A stretch of 35,434 bases of DNA from Candidatus Parcubacteria bacterium (GTDB lineage: Bacteria > Patescibacteriota > Minisyncoccia > Phycocordibacterales > UBA6065), in assembly GCA_019661795.1 (NCBI GenBank), contig JAIFWQ010000001.1:1-35434 (forward strand), in the 5' to 3' direction. A model generated the notes under the pieces. The model saw only the letters and a list, made by a program, of their open reading frames with translations, was not told where the DNA came from and searched no databases. Both the position numbers and the translations under genes were made by a program. Shown here piece after piece: positions 1 to 9,975 of the stretch. How positions within the stretch are numbered: the stretch's first letter is position 1; each line of letters opens with the position of its first letter.

Positions 1-81
1 GGAGGAGTTCTCGGCTTTATCAAGCCGACAGCGTTCGCTCTCAAGCCTTCGGATATCATCCTCGTCGTCTGTCCGCGGTAG
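1..81 (+). CDS. 3' end of an unidentified gene (partial)
   Basis: Frame 1 reads GGVLGFIKPTAFALKPSDIILVVCPR-TAG with host-like codons (atc/ctc/gtc) and is followed by a terminator. Confidence 0.55.
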   Translation, partial: GGVLGFIKPTAFALKPSDIILVVCPR

Positions 82-94
82 CTGGACGCCTTCG

Positions 95-126
95 GCCCTC
101 GCATAACTGTTATGCGAGGGCTTTTT
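95..126 (+). terminator. Intrinsic terminator
   Basis: gccctcgcataa-ctg-ttatgcgagggc 12-bp stem followed by ttttt. Confidence 0.8.
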
Positions 127-166
127 CTTTCAAAAAAGGCGAAAAATTGATACTGTAAGGGCCTAT

Positions 167-3100
167 ATGGCAGATCTTAAGAATCAAAAGCCCGCTTCCG
201 CGCCGGCTCCCAAGACCAAGCTCGTCGAGATAGAGGAGAAGATCCTCGCTTTTTGGGACAAAGAAGAGATATTCCAGAAATCGCTCGATAAGAAAGGCAA
301 AGAATTCGTCTTCTATGACGGCCCGCCGTTCGCGAACGGTCTGCCTCATTACGGACACATGCTCGCGAGCTTCATAAAAGACGCGATCCCGCGCTACAAG
401 ACGATGCAGGGATTCCATGTCCCGCGGCGCTGGGGCTGGGACTGCCATGGTCTGCCGGTCGAGACGCTCGTTGAAAAGGAGCTCGGGCTCAAGGCCAAAA
501 GCGACATCGTCGAATACGGCCTCGGAAAGTTCAACGACGTCGCCCGGGAAAGCGTCCTCCGCTATACGGACGAATGGCGCAAGCAGATACCGCGCATCGG
601 CCGCTGGGTGGATATGGACAACGACTATCGCACCATGGACGCGGCATACACCCAATCGGTATGGTGGGCGTTCAAGACGCTGTGGGACAAAGGCCTCGTC
701 TACGAAGGCTTTAAGTCCATGCAGATATGTCCGCGCTGCGGGACGACGCTCTCGAATTTCGAGGTCAATTTGGGATACAAAGACATAACCGACATTTCCG
801 TCTATGCGAAATTCAGGAGCAAGGACGATTCGAACGTCTATTTCATCGCCTGGACGACGACGCCGTGGACTCTGCCGGGGAATGTCGCTCTCGCTGTCGG
901 CGCGGATATCGACTACGCGCGAGTCGCTTTCGAAGGAGCGACGTACGTCGTCGCCCGGGACCGCGTCGCCGACGTATTCGCCGGCAAAGAGCATTCCCTC
1001 GAATCGGTGGTGAAGGGCGAAGACCTCGTCGGGATCGCGTACGAGCCGGTTTTTCCTTACTATGCCGACGATTCGCTTAAAAATTATGAGAACGGCTTCA
1101 AAATATACGCCGCCGATTTCGTGACGATCGAAGACGGAACGGGCATCGTCCACATCGCACCGGCGTTCGGCGATGACGACATGAAGCTTGGCGAACGGGA
1201 GAGCCTGCCTTTCATCCAGCATGTCGGCATGGACGGAAAATTCAAGAAAGAGGTCGCCGATTTCGCCGGCATGGACGTAAAGCCGAAAGACGATCATCAG
1301 AAGGCCGATGTCGAGATCATAAAATGGCTCGCGCGGCAGGGGCTTCTCTTCGACAAGAAGAAGATCATCCATCCATACCCTCATTGCTGGAGGTGCGAGA
1401 CGCCGCTCCTTAATTACGCTGCTTCGTCATGGTTCGTCCGCGTCACGGCGTTCAAAGACAAGCTCGCCGCAGCCAATAAAAAAATCTCATGGGTTCCCGG
1501 CGACATCCGCGACGGCAGATTCGGCAAATGGCTCGAAGGCGCGCGGGATTGGGCGATATCGCGCTCCCGATTCTGGGGCGCGCCTATTCCCGTATGGAAG
1601 GGAGTCGATTCAGGCAAGCTCTATCCGGTCGGTTCGATCGGCGACCTCGCCAAGCTCATAAAGAAGTCAGGCAATTCGTACCTCCTCATGAGGCACGGCG
1701 AATCGGAGGCCAACGCCAAAGGCGTTTCGAACGCGAACATAGACCTGTCGAACGGGTATCCTCTCACCGAAAAGGGCAGGCTCGAAGCCGCCGCCCAGGC
1801 AAAAAAGATCGCGGCGGAAGGCATCGACCTCATCATCGCCTCGGATTTCCTCCGGACGAAAGAGACCGCCCGCATCATCGCAGACGCCTGCGGCATTCCC
1901 GAGAACAAGATCATATACGACGTCCGCCTGCGCGAATACAACGTCGGCCCGGAAAGGGAAGGCAAGCTCTGGGCCGAGACCGACAAGCACGTCCGGACGC
2001 ACGGATTCTATCCCGGCATGGAAACTCCGGCGGAACTGAAGAAGCGCGTCTTCAAGGCGCTTTTCGATATCGACCGCGCGCATCAGGGAAAGAAGATACT
2101 CATCGTGAGCCACGGATCGCCTCTCAATACGATCATCCATGGCGTAGACGAAACGCCGAGCCAGGACAAAGTCCTCCATGACCAGAGGCGCCATTTCCAG
2201 ACGACCGGCGAATTGCGTCCGTTCGATTTCGTCCGCTTGCCCCATAACGAGGATTTCGACCTCGATCTTCATAGGCCATTCATCGATGACGTGGAATGCG
2301 TCGCTCCCGACGGCGAAAAGCTCGTCCGCGCGCCGGAGGTTTTCGACTGCTGGTTCGAATCCGGTTCAATGCCTTATGGCGAAGCCTGCTACAAAGGCAA
2401 AGCTCTGTCGCATTTCGATCCGAAGGGCAGACTCGGCGGCCTTCTCAAAAAGAAAGTCGGCTTTCCGGCGGATTTCATCGCCGAAGGTCTCGACCAGACC
2501 CGCGGTTGGTTCTATTCGATGATGGTTCTCGGCGTCGGAGTATTCGGCCAGAGCCCGTACAAGAACGTTGTCGTAAATGGTCTTATTTTGGACGAGAAGG
2601 GCGAGCACAAGCTCTCGAAGAGCCTCCAGAATTACCCCGATCCGATGAAGCTCGTCGGCACGTACGGCGCCGATTCTCTGCGCTATTATCTCCTTTCATC
2701 GCCGGTCGTCGCGGCGCAGGATCTCTGCTTTTCGGAAAAAGCCGTCGACGAAGTGTCGAAGAAGCTCATCCAGAGGCTCGATAACGTGCTCGCGTTCTAC
2801 GAAATGTATGCGGCGGATGCGAAGGGCAGTGAAATGAACAGCCGCGACGGCTTGAAAGCATCCGACAACGTCCTCGACCGATGGATCATCGAGCGCCTCC
2901 GCGAGACCCGCGACGAAACGACCAGATGGCTCGACCTCTATCAGCTTGACAAGGCCGCCCGGCCGATCATGTCGTTCGTCGACGATCTGTCGACATGGTA
3001 CCTGCGCCGTTCGCGCGACAGGTTCAAATCCGATGATCGGGCCGATAAAGAGGCGGCTCTTCGTACGACGAGATCCGTTTTCCGCCAGTTCGCCAAAATA

Positions 3101-3697
3101 TCCGCTCCATTCATGCCTTTCTATGCCGAATATCTTTTCGGCAGGGTGAAGCTCGCGTCCGATCCGGAGAGCGTGCATCTGTGCGACTGGCCGAAAGCCG
3201 AAAAATCCGACGCCAAGGTCGTGAAGGACATGGAAGAGACGCGCAGGCTCGTCACGCTCGCTCTCCAGGAGCGTTCGAAGGCGAATATAAAGGTGCGCCA
3301 GCCTTTGGCCAAGCTCTCCCTCAAGACGCCGTCGCTCGGATCCGAATTCATCGATCTCATACGAGAAGAAGTGAATGTGAAATCGGTCGAGTCGGACGAA
3401 AGCATCGCGGCCGAGACGCTCCTCGATACGAACGTCACCGAAAGCCTGCGCAAAGAAGGCGTCGTCCGCGACCTGATCCGCGCCATACAAGATCTGCGCA
3501 AAACGGAGGGGCTGTCGGTGGGGGACAAAGTCGCTCTTCTTCTCGATTCCGACGAGAAAGGCAAAGAGCTCGTCCATGCGTTCGCGCACGATGTCCGCCG
3601 GATCACGCTCGTCACAGGCATCGAATACGCCCATCTGCCTCATGCGTCGGAGCTCGCCATAGAAGAGCACCGATTCAGGATAGGATTGAAGAGATAA
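167..3697 (+). CDS. ileS: Isoleucine--tRNA ligase, type 2, with inserted histidine phosphatase domain
   Basis: YDGPPFANGLPHYGH, GWDCHGLP, WTTTPWTLP, DWAISRSRFWG, EGLDQTRGWF and KLSKS motifs; RHG...SHG insert. Confidence 0.97.
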   Translation: MADLKNQKPASAPAPKTKLVEIEEKILAFWDKEEIFQKSLDKKGKEFVFYDGPPFANGLPHYGHMLASFIKDAIPRYKTMQGFHVPRRWGWDCHGLPVETLVEKELGLKAKSDIVEYGLGKFNDVARESVLRYTDEWRKQIPRIGRWVDMDNDYRTMDAAYTQSVWWAFKTLWDKGLVYEGFKSMQICPRCGTTLSNFEVNLGYKDITDISVYAKFRSKDDSNVYFIAWTTTPWTLPGNVALAVGADIDYARVAFEGATYVVARDRVADVFAGKEHSLESVVKGEDLVGIAYEPVFPYYADDSLKNYENGFKIYAADFVTIEDGTGIVHIAPAFGDDDMKLGERESLPFIQHVGMDGKFKKEVADFAGMDVKPKDDHQKADVEIIKWLARQGLLFDKKKIIHPYPHCWRCETPLLNYAASSWFVRVTAFKDKLAAANKKISWVPGDIRDGRFGKWLEGARDWAISRSRFWGAPIPVWKGVDSGKLYPVGSIGDLAKLIKKSGNSYLLMRHGESEANAKGVSNANIDLSNGYPLTEKGRLEAAAQAKKIAAEGIDLIIASDFLRTKETARIIADACGIPENKIIYDVRLREYNVGPEREGKLWAETDKHVRTHGFYPGMETPAELKKRVFKALFDIDRAHQGKKILIVSHGSPLNTIIHGVDETPSQDKVLHDQRRHFQTTGELRPFDFVRLPHNEDFDLDLHRPFIDDVECVAPDGEKLVRAPEVFDCWFESGSMPYGEACYKGKALSHFDPKGRLGGLLKKKVGFPADFIAEGLDQTRGWFYSMMVLGVGVFGQSPYKNVVVNGLILDEKGEHKLSKSLQNYPDPMKLVGTYGADSLRYYLLSSPVVAAQDLCFSEKAVDEVSKKLIQRLDNVLAFYEMYAADAKGSEMNSRDGLKASDNVLDRWIIERLRETRDETTRWLDLYQLDKAARPIMSFVDDLSTWYLRRSRDRFKSDDRADKEAALRTTRSVFRQFAKISAPFMPFYAEYLFGRVKLASDPESVHLCDWPKAEKSDAKVVKDMEETRRLVTLALQERSKANIKVRQPLAKLSLKTPSLGSEFIDLIREEVNVKSVESDESIAAETLLDTNVTESLRKEGVVRDLIRAIQDLRKTEGLSVGDKVALLLDSDEKGKELVHAFAHDVRRITLVTGIEYAHLPHASELAIEEHRFRIGLKR

Positions 3698-3700
3698 CCC

Positions 3701-4204
3701 ATGTCGTACGCCGTCTACAATACCCGCGGCTTCATATTGGGGAGCGGCCCTTCAGGCGAAGCGTCGAAGCTCTATTCCATATACACGGAGGATTTCGGCC
3801 TGGTCCGCGCCAAAGCCCAGAGCGTGCGCCTGCTCCAATCGAAGCTCCGCTACAATCTCGAAGACTATTCGTTCTCCGCGGTCTCTCTCGTGAAAGGCAG
3901 GGAAGTCTGGAGGCTCACCGGCGCGGAGAATCTTTCGCAAAGATCGAACGACCTCCTCATCCGGGCGAGAACGCTCAATCTGATCCGCAGGCTCGTCCAG
4001 GGCGAAGAGAAGAACGAAGATCTGTTCGACGCGCTCCTTCTTCTTGAATCAGATGCTGCAGGCGCGACTGCTCCGTCGGAAGCTCTCATTCTGTCCCATG
4101 CGCTCTCGGCCCTCGGCTATCTCGATCTCGCGGCGCTCGAAGGCAAGAGCGAGAGGGAAAGGATACTCGCGATCAATAAGGCTCTCAAAGAGACCCAGCT
4201 CTAA
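3701..4204 (+). CDS. recO: DNA repair protein RecO (short, mainly the N-terminal OB domain)
   Basis: GEASKLYSIYTEDFGLVRAKAQSVR...SKLR matches the RecO N-terminal pattern; no zinc finger. Confidence 0.8.
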   Translation: MSYAVYNTRGFILGSGPSGEASKLYSIYTEDFGLVRAKAQSVRLLQSKLRYNLEDYSFSAVSLVKGREVWRLTGAENLSQRSNDLLIRARTLNLIRRLVQGEEKNEDLFDALLLLESDAAGATAPSEALILSHALSALGYLDLAALEGKSERERILAINKALKETQL

Positions 4205-4227
4205 AGCGGCGATGCGAAATCGCCGCG

Positions 4228-4236
4228 TGTTATAAT
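4228..4236 (+). promoter_or_regulatory. Extended -10 promoter, leaderless configuration
   Basis: TGtTATAAT ends 6 nt before ATG 4243; GC hairpin 4206-4226 lies directly upstream. Confidence 0.65.
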
Positions 4237-4242
4237 CTTTTC

Positions 4243-6180
4243 ATGTTCGAATCTGACAAGAGAAGCCCTTTGGAACGCCTCAAAAAGGGCCTGTATTCGA
4301 GAAATGCCAAAGAATCCGAAGCGCCGCGTCACGATATCCATATCGGGCGCTCGAATGTGTCCGAATCATGGGACGCCCCGAACGGGACCGAAGGCCCTGC
4401 GGACGACAAGCCGATCGAAGTGACCCCTGAAAGGCGCTATGCCTACAAGATCGCCTTCATCTGCTCGGCGCTCTTTCTCGTGGCCGCATTCGCCATAGCC
4501 GCCTACACCTTTTTCGGCGGCGGCAACTACATATCCGTCGAGAACGTCGACATCCAGGTCGAAGGCCCGTCATCCGTCGCGGGAGGCGAGCCTCTTTCGA
4601 TCGACGTATCGGTCGCGAACAAGAATCAGACCGACATCGACCTCGTCGACCTCGTCGTCGAATTCCCTCAAGGCACGAAGGATCCATCGAATCCGGCCAA
4701 AGACCTGTCCCGCATCAGGGTGTCTCTCGGCGACATCGGATCGCAATCGGTCGTCCAGAAGCCGTTCTCGGCCCTCATGTTCGGGCGCGAAGGCGAGGTG
4801 CGCGACATAAAGCTCACGGCCGAATACCGCACGGCCGATTCGAACGCCATTTTCTTCAAAGAGAAGATCTATCACGTGACGATATCCTCGTCGCCCGTCC
4901 TCGTTCTCGTCGACGCTCTCGACAAGGTGCTCGGCGGCGAGGCGTTCGACGTGACGATCACGGTGTCCTCCAACACGACCGCGCCGGTGAAGGACGTGCT
5001 CCTGTCGCTCGACTATCCGTTCGGCTTTTCGGTCATATCATCCGATCCCCAGGCGACGTACGGCGATAACGTCTGGCGCATCGGCGACCTCGCTCCCGGA
5101 TCCAAGCGTATGATCAAGCTCCGCGCCACGGCGACCGGCCAGGACGGGGAAGACAGGACGGTGCACGCGAGCGTCGGCATACAGAGCGCCGGCAACGAGC
5201 GCGAGATAGCGACGACGATCATAACCCAGGATCACACGTTCACTATCGAAAAACCGTTCCTCGGGCTCGACCTCGCTCTCGACGGACAGCGCGGCGATCT
5301 CGCGGCGGACGCGGGAAGGACCGTGCATGCGGACGTCATATGGACGAACAACAGCGGCACCCAGATCACGAACGCCCGCATAACGGCCAAGCTCGGCGGG
5401 AGCGCGCTCGACAAGAATTCCGTATCCGTCGACAACGGCGGCTTCTATGATTCGCTCACCAATACGATCACGTGGGAAGCCGGACGGACGGCGGGGCTCG
5501 ACACCATCGCTCCCGGCGACGACGGCAGGGTCGGTTTCTCGGTCGCGTCGACGCAGTCGGCTCCGAATCAGTCGCGTTCCGCCATCGATCCGGTCATCAC
5601 CATCGCCGTCTCCGTTTCGGGCAGCCGCACGGACGAAGCGGGCACGCCTCAATCTATAAATACCGCCGTCAGCCGGTCCATAAAGCTCCTTTCCAATCTC
5701 GGCATATCGTCCCGAGCCGTCTATTCGCAGGGTCCGTTCAAAAATAGCGGGCCGGTCCCTCCGAAAGTCGATCAGGCGACGACCTACACCATCGTCTGGA
5801 CAGTGACGAACACTTCGAATACCATCACAGGAGCGAAGGTGACGGCGACTCTGCCTCCGTATGTGGCTTGGACGGGGAACATAAGCCCTACGGGAGCCGA
5901 TATCAGCTATGACCAAAAGGGCGGCACGATCGTCTGGAACATCGGCGAAGTGCCGCGGAACGCGGATATAGGGTCGGGCGCCAAGCAGGTGGCCTTCCAG
6001 ATATCGCTCAAGCCTTCCGCGAACCAGGCCGGAACGGTTCCCGAGCTCGTCGGCCAGGCGTCGGTCTCGGGTACGGACGTGTTCACCGGCGCAGCGGCCA
6101 AAAATGCGGCCGGCAGCCTTTCAACGAGGATATCGACGGATCTCTTATACAAAGCGGGAGACGAAATCGTCCAAAAATAA
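4243..6180 (+). CDS. Membrane-anchored protein with repeated extracellular Ig-like (DUF11-like) domains
   Basis: Single TM at about aa 68-92, then beta-rich repeats (WRIGDLAPG, IVWNIGEV). Confidence 0.7.
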   Translation: MFESDKRSPLERLKKGLYSRNAKESEAPRHDIHIGRSNVSESWDAPNGTEGPADDKPIEVTPERRYAYKIAFICSALFLVAAFAIAAYTFFGGGNYISVENVDIQVEGPSSVAGGEPLSIDVSVANKNQTDIDLVDLVVEFPQGTKDPSNPAKDLSRIRVSLGDIGSQSVVQKPFSALMFGREGEVRDIKLTAEYRTADSNAIFFKEKIYHVTISSSPVLVLVDALDKVLGGEAFDVTITVSSNTTAPVKDVLLSLDYPFGFSVISSDPQATYGDNVWRIGDLAPGSKRMIKLRATATGQDGEDRTVHASVGIQSAGNEREIATTIITQDHTFTIEKPFLGLDLALDGQRGDLAADAGRTVHADVIWTNNSGTQITNARITAKLGGSALDKNSVSVDNGGFYDSLTNTITWEAGRTAGLDTIAPGDDGRVGFSVASTQSAPNQSRSAIDPVITIAVSVSGSRTDEAGTPQSINTAVSRSIKLLSNLGISSRAVYSQGPFKNSGPVPPKVDQATTYTIVWTVTNTSNTITGAKVTATLPPYVAWTGNISPTGADISYDQKGGTIVWNIGEVPRNADIGSGAKQVAFQISLKPSANQAGTVPELVGQASVSGTDVFTGAAAKNAAGSLSTRISTDLLYKAGDEIVQK

Positions 6181-7548
6181 ATGAAGCACGAATCGAAGAA
6201 AAAAGAAGGCGAGAGCGCCGTGATGGAGAACATGATATCGCTCGCGAAGCGGCGCGGCTTCATATTCCAGGGTTCCGAGATATACGGCGGCCTCGCCGGC
6301 ACGTGGGACTACGGCCCGCTCGGCGTCGCCCTCAAAAATAACGTCAAAAACCTCTGGTGGAAGAGGTTCGTCGCCGACCGCGAAGACATGTACGGCATGG
6401 ACGCGGCCATTCTCATGAATCAGAACGCGTGGAAGGCATCGGGCCACGTCGCCGGGTTTTCCGACCCTCTCGTCGAATGCGAGAAATGCAAAAGGCGCTT
6501 CCGGGCCGACCAGCTCGACGCCGAAGCGCGCGAAAAGAGGAAATGCCCCGAATGCGGCGGCAAGCTCGGCGCCGAAAAGCAGTTCAATATGATGTTCAAG
6601 ACTCACGTCGGCGCCTCGGAAGACGCGGCGGCGGTGTCGTATCTGCGCCCCGAAACAGCGCAGGGCATGTTCGTCAATTTCAAGAACATCATCGACGCGT
6701 TCCATCCCAAGCTCCCGTTCGGCATGGCCCAGATAGGCAAGGCGTTCAGGAACGAGATCGCGCCGCGCGATTTCATATTCCGTACCCGTGAATTCGAGCA
6801 GATGGAGATCGAATATTTTGTCGATCCGAAGGATTGGAAAGATACCTTCGAACATTTCATACGGGAAGTCCGCGCGTTCACGGCCGACGTCGGCCTGCCG
6901 AAAGAGAAAGTCCACGAATACGAAGTACCGGGGGATTCGCTCGCGCATTATTCCAAGCGTACCGTCGACTTCGAATTCGACTATCCGTTCGGCAAAAAAG
7001 AGCTCTACGGCCTCGCATATCGCACCGATTTCGACCTGAAAGCCCATTCGGCTACCTCCGGCGTCGACCTTTCATACTATGACGAAGAAGCGAAAGCCCG
7101 CTTCGTGCCGCACGTTATCGAGCCGTCGTTCGGCGTCGACCGCACCGTCCTCGCCGTGCTCTCTGAAGCGTATCGCGAAGACGAGCTCGGCGGCGAGAAG
7201 CGCGTCTATCTCAAGCTCGCGCCTTCTGTCGCTCCGATCAAAGCCGCCGTATTCCCGCTCCTCAAAAATAAAGACGCGCTCACCGCGAAAGCCCGCGAGA
7301 TATATCAGGTCCTGCGCAAAGAATTCGCCAAAGGCTCGGGCGGCGTCGAATACGACGAGGTCGGATCCATAGGCAAGCGCTACCGCCGGCAGGACGAGAT
7401 CGGCACGCCGTACTGCGTCACCATCGACTTCGACACCATCGAAAAAGACGGCAGTCCCGTCACGGTGCGCGACAGGGATACGGGAACGCAGGAAGCGATA
7501 CCTCTCAAGGACCTCGTCTCGTTCCTTTCGCAGAAACTGAATCGATAA
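6181..7548 (+). CDS. glyQS: Glycine--tRNA ligase, alpha2 dimeric type
   Basis: KRRGFIFQGSEIYGG, YLRPETAQG, FRNEI, REFEQME and IGKRYRRQDEIGTP motifs. Confidence 0.97.
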   Translation: MKHESKKKEGESAVMENMISLAKRRGFIFQGSEIYGGLAGTWDYGPLGVALKNNVKNLWWKRFVADREDMYGMDAAILMNQNAWKASGHVAGFSDPLVECEKCKRRFRADQLDAEAREKRKCPECGGKLGAEKQFNMMFKTHVGASEDAAAVSYLRPETAQGMFVNFKNIIDAFHPKLPFGMAQIGKAFRNEIAPRDFIFRTREFEQMEIEYFVDPKDWKDTFEHFIREVRAFTADVGLPKEKVHEYEVPGDSLAHYSKRTVDFEFDYPFGKKELYGLAYRTDFDLKAHSATSGVDLSYYDEEAKARFVPHVIEPSFGVDRTVLAVLSEAYREDELGGEKRVYLKLAPSVAPIKAAVFPLLKNKDALTAKAREIYQVLRKEFAKGSGGVEYDEVGSIGKRYRRQDEIGTPYCVTIDFDTIEKDGSPVTVRDRDTGTQEAIPLKDLVSFLSQKLNR

Positions 7549-7553
7549 GGCTC

Positions 7554-8822
7554 ATGAATTTCAAAAAGACTATCCTTACGAACGGCGTGCGGATCGTCAC
7601 CGCGCCTTTGCCGGGCAACCCGACCGCGACCGTTCTGGTCACCGTCGGCACCGGCTCCTTCTATGAAGCGCCGGAACAGGGCGGTATTTCGCATTTTTTG
7701 GAGCACGCCTGTTTCAAGGGCACTTCCAAAAGGCCTTCCGCAAAACACATAACGACCGAGCTCGATACCATCGGCGCGATCTATAACGCCTTCACTTCGA
7801 AAGATATCACCGGATATTGGTCCAAGGCCGACGCCAAGCATTTCGGCCGCATCGCCGACATCGTCGCCGACATATTCAAGAATTCGACCTTTCCCGAAAA
7901 AGAGATCGAAAAAGAGAAAGGCGTGGTCATAGGCGAGATCGACATGTATGCGGACGATCCGCAGGAGAAGATCGGCGAAGCCTTGCTCAAGCATATGTAT
8001 AAAGGCCAGCCGGGGGAGCGCGAGGTGCTCGGAACCAAAGAGACCGTCCGCGCCATCACCCGCGACGCGCTCGTCGCATATCGAAGATCCCAATATACCG
8101 GCCCGAACGTCGTCGTCACCATCGCGGGCGGTGTGCCGGAAAAAGACATGCTCGCCTGGGCGGAGACGAATTTCGCCGATCTCGACGCTGCGCCAGCGAA
8201 TCCGGAATTCCCCACGAAAGACAGGCGGCAGGAAGGTCCCGAGACCGTTTTCATAGATAAGGATACCGATCAGGCGCATGTCGTCATGGCGTGGAGGACG
8301 TTCGACAGGCTCAACCCCGACCGCTATGCGGCGAGCGTCGTCAAAAATATCCTTCGCGGCGGCATGAGTTCGCGCCTTTTCATACGATTGCGCGATGAAA
8401 TGGGTTCCGGCTATTACGTTTCGGCCAACCATTCGCTTCATGCGAGCTTCGGCTTCTTTGCCATATCGACGGGCACGACTCACGAACGGGTTCCAGAGAT
8501 CGTATCGGCGATCATAGAGGAGACCGAAAGGCTCAAGACGGAGCCGGTGCCTCTCCATGAGCTTGAAAAGGTGAAGGAATTCATCCGCGCTCATCGTTTG
8601 ATGTCGCTCGAGACTTCGGACGACGTCGCGGAGTATTGCGCCGAACAGGAGACGCTCAAAAAGAACATCATGTCGCCCGAGGAATTGGACGCCGTATACG
8701 CGGAGATAACGGCCGAAGACGTCATGCGCGTCGCCCGGAAGATGTTCGATGGCGCGAAGCTCACCGCCGCCGCTATCGGAAAGGGGATAGATAAAGAAGC
8801 GGTCAAAAAGGCGATATCGTAG
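7554..8822 (+). CDS. M16 family (pitrilysin-like) zinc peptidase
   Basis: Inverted zincin motif HFLEH, FKGT, NAFTS and GGMSSRLF. Confidence 0.93.
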   Translation: MNFKKTILTNGVRIVTAPLPGNPTATVLVTVGTGSFYEAPEQGGISHFLEHACFKGTSKRPSAKHITTELDTIGAIYNAFTSKDITGYWSKADAKHFGRIADIVADIFKNSTFPEKEIEKEKGVVIGEIDMYADDPQEKIGEALLKHMYKGQPGEREVLGTKETVRAITRDALVAYRRSQYTGPNVVVTIAGGVPEKDMLAWAETNFADLDAAPANPEFPTKDRRQEGPETVFIDKDTDQAHVVMAWRTFDRLNPDRYAASVVKNILRGGMSSRLFIRLRDEMGSGYYVSANHSLHASFGFFAISTGTTHERVPEIVSAIIEETERLKTEPVPLHELEKVKEFIRAHRLMSLETSDDVAEYCAEQETLKKNIMSPEELDAVYAEITAEDVMRVARKMFDGAKLTAAAIGKGIDKEAVKKAIS

Positions 8823-8835
8823 TATCATAGAACCG

Positions 8836-9960
8836 ATGAAGATACCGAACGCGTCCCAAAGGATAGAGATAACCACGGGAACGATCGCCAAGGCGATCCT
8901 CCTTGTCATTGCCGCATGGGCCGCATTCATGCTCAAGGACATCATCCTCGTCGTCCTCACGGCCGTCGTCATCGCGTCTGCGGCCGAACCGGCCGTCGCC
9001 TGGCTCATGAAAAGAGGCATTCCGCGCGTCATATCCGCTATCGTGACGTATGGCGTCATCGCGGCCATGCTCATCGGCGCGTTCTACACGGTCGTGCCGC
9101 AGTTTCTCCAGGATACGTCGGAATTCTTGGGCTCGGTGCCTCAATACATCGAATCGTCGTCCCTGTGGAATCCTCTCGGCGAGAACGCCACGGAGCAATC
9201 CAAACAAGTGGCCGCGAATATCTCCCAGGGCATACAGAACGTCGCCCAGAAAAAGCTTTTCATAAACGCGACGGGGGGCACGACGGACCAATACTCGATA
9301 CAGGGGGTGCTCCAGTCGATCGACGAAGCGATCAGTTCGGTGTCCGCAGGCTTCGTCCATTCGGCGAGCTCGGTCTTCGGCGGCGTGCTGTCGTTCATAC
9401 TGATCGTCGTCCTTTCGTTCTATCTCGCCGTGCAGGAAGACGGCGTCGAGAAATTCCTCCGCGTCGTCATACCGGACAGCGAAGAATCTTATATCATCAA
9501 CATCTGGAGGCGGACTAAAACCAAGATCGGCCTCTGGATGCAGGGCCAGATCGTTCTCGCCATACTCGTCGGATTGCTCGTATATCTCGGCCTCATGGTG
9601 CTCGGCGTCAAGAACGCCCTCCTGTTCGCCGTCCTTGCGGCGCTCCTCGAAACGATCCCGCTCTTCGGCCCGATCATCGCCGCTATTCCTGCTGTCGCGG
9701 CCTCATATAGCGACGGGGGAACATCGTCCGCCCTCATCGTTGCCGGCCTCTATCTCATCATCCATCAGTTCGAGAACCACCTCATCTATCCTTTGGTCGT
9801 AAAGAAGATCGTGGGAGTGCCGCCGATACTCGTCATCCTGTCGCTTCTCGTCGGTTTCAAGCTCGCCGGCTTTCTCGGCATCATTCTGTCGGTCCCGGCT
9901 TCGTCCATGCTCGTGGAATTCATCGACGATATGGAGAAGAAGCGAAAGGTGGCCGCATAA
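8836..9960 (+). CDS. AI-2E family transporter (PerM-like)
   Basis: Multiple TMs; IPLFGPIIA, HQFENHLIYP and GFLGIILSVP patterns. Confidence 0.9.
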   Translation: MKIPNASQRIEITTGTIAKAILLVIAAWAAFMLKDIILVVLTAVVIASAAEPAVAWLMKRGIPRVISAIVTYGVIAAMLIGAFYTVVPQFLQDTSEFLGSVPQYIESSSLWNPLGENATEQSKQVAANISQGIQNVAQKKLFINATGGTTDQYSIQGVLQSIDEAISSVSAGFVHSASSVFGGVLSFILIVVLSFYLAVQEDGVEKFLRVVIPDSEESYIINIWRRTKTKIGLWMQGQIVLAILVGLLVYLGLMVLGVKNALLFAVLAALLETIPLFGPIIAAIPAVAASYSDGGTSSALIVAGLYLIIHQFENHLIYPLVVKKIVGVPPILVILSLLVGFKLAGFLGIILSVPASSMLVEFIDDMEKKRKVAA

Positions 9961-9975
9961 TTCCCGCCAAAGAGC

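Noticed and set aside
82..166. T-box leader for ileS
   Set aside because: Only about 40 nt separate the terminator from the start codon, and there is no T-box motif
110..9074. Long antisense or alternate-frame ORFs (110-1384, 2696-3670, 6145-7047, 7380-9074 and others)
   Set aside because: They are shadows of conserved genes caused by GC3-rich codon usage and show no recognisable motifs
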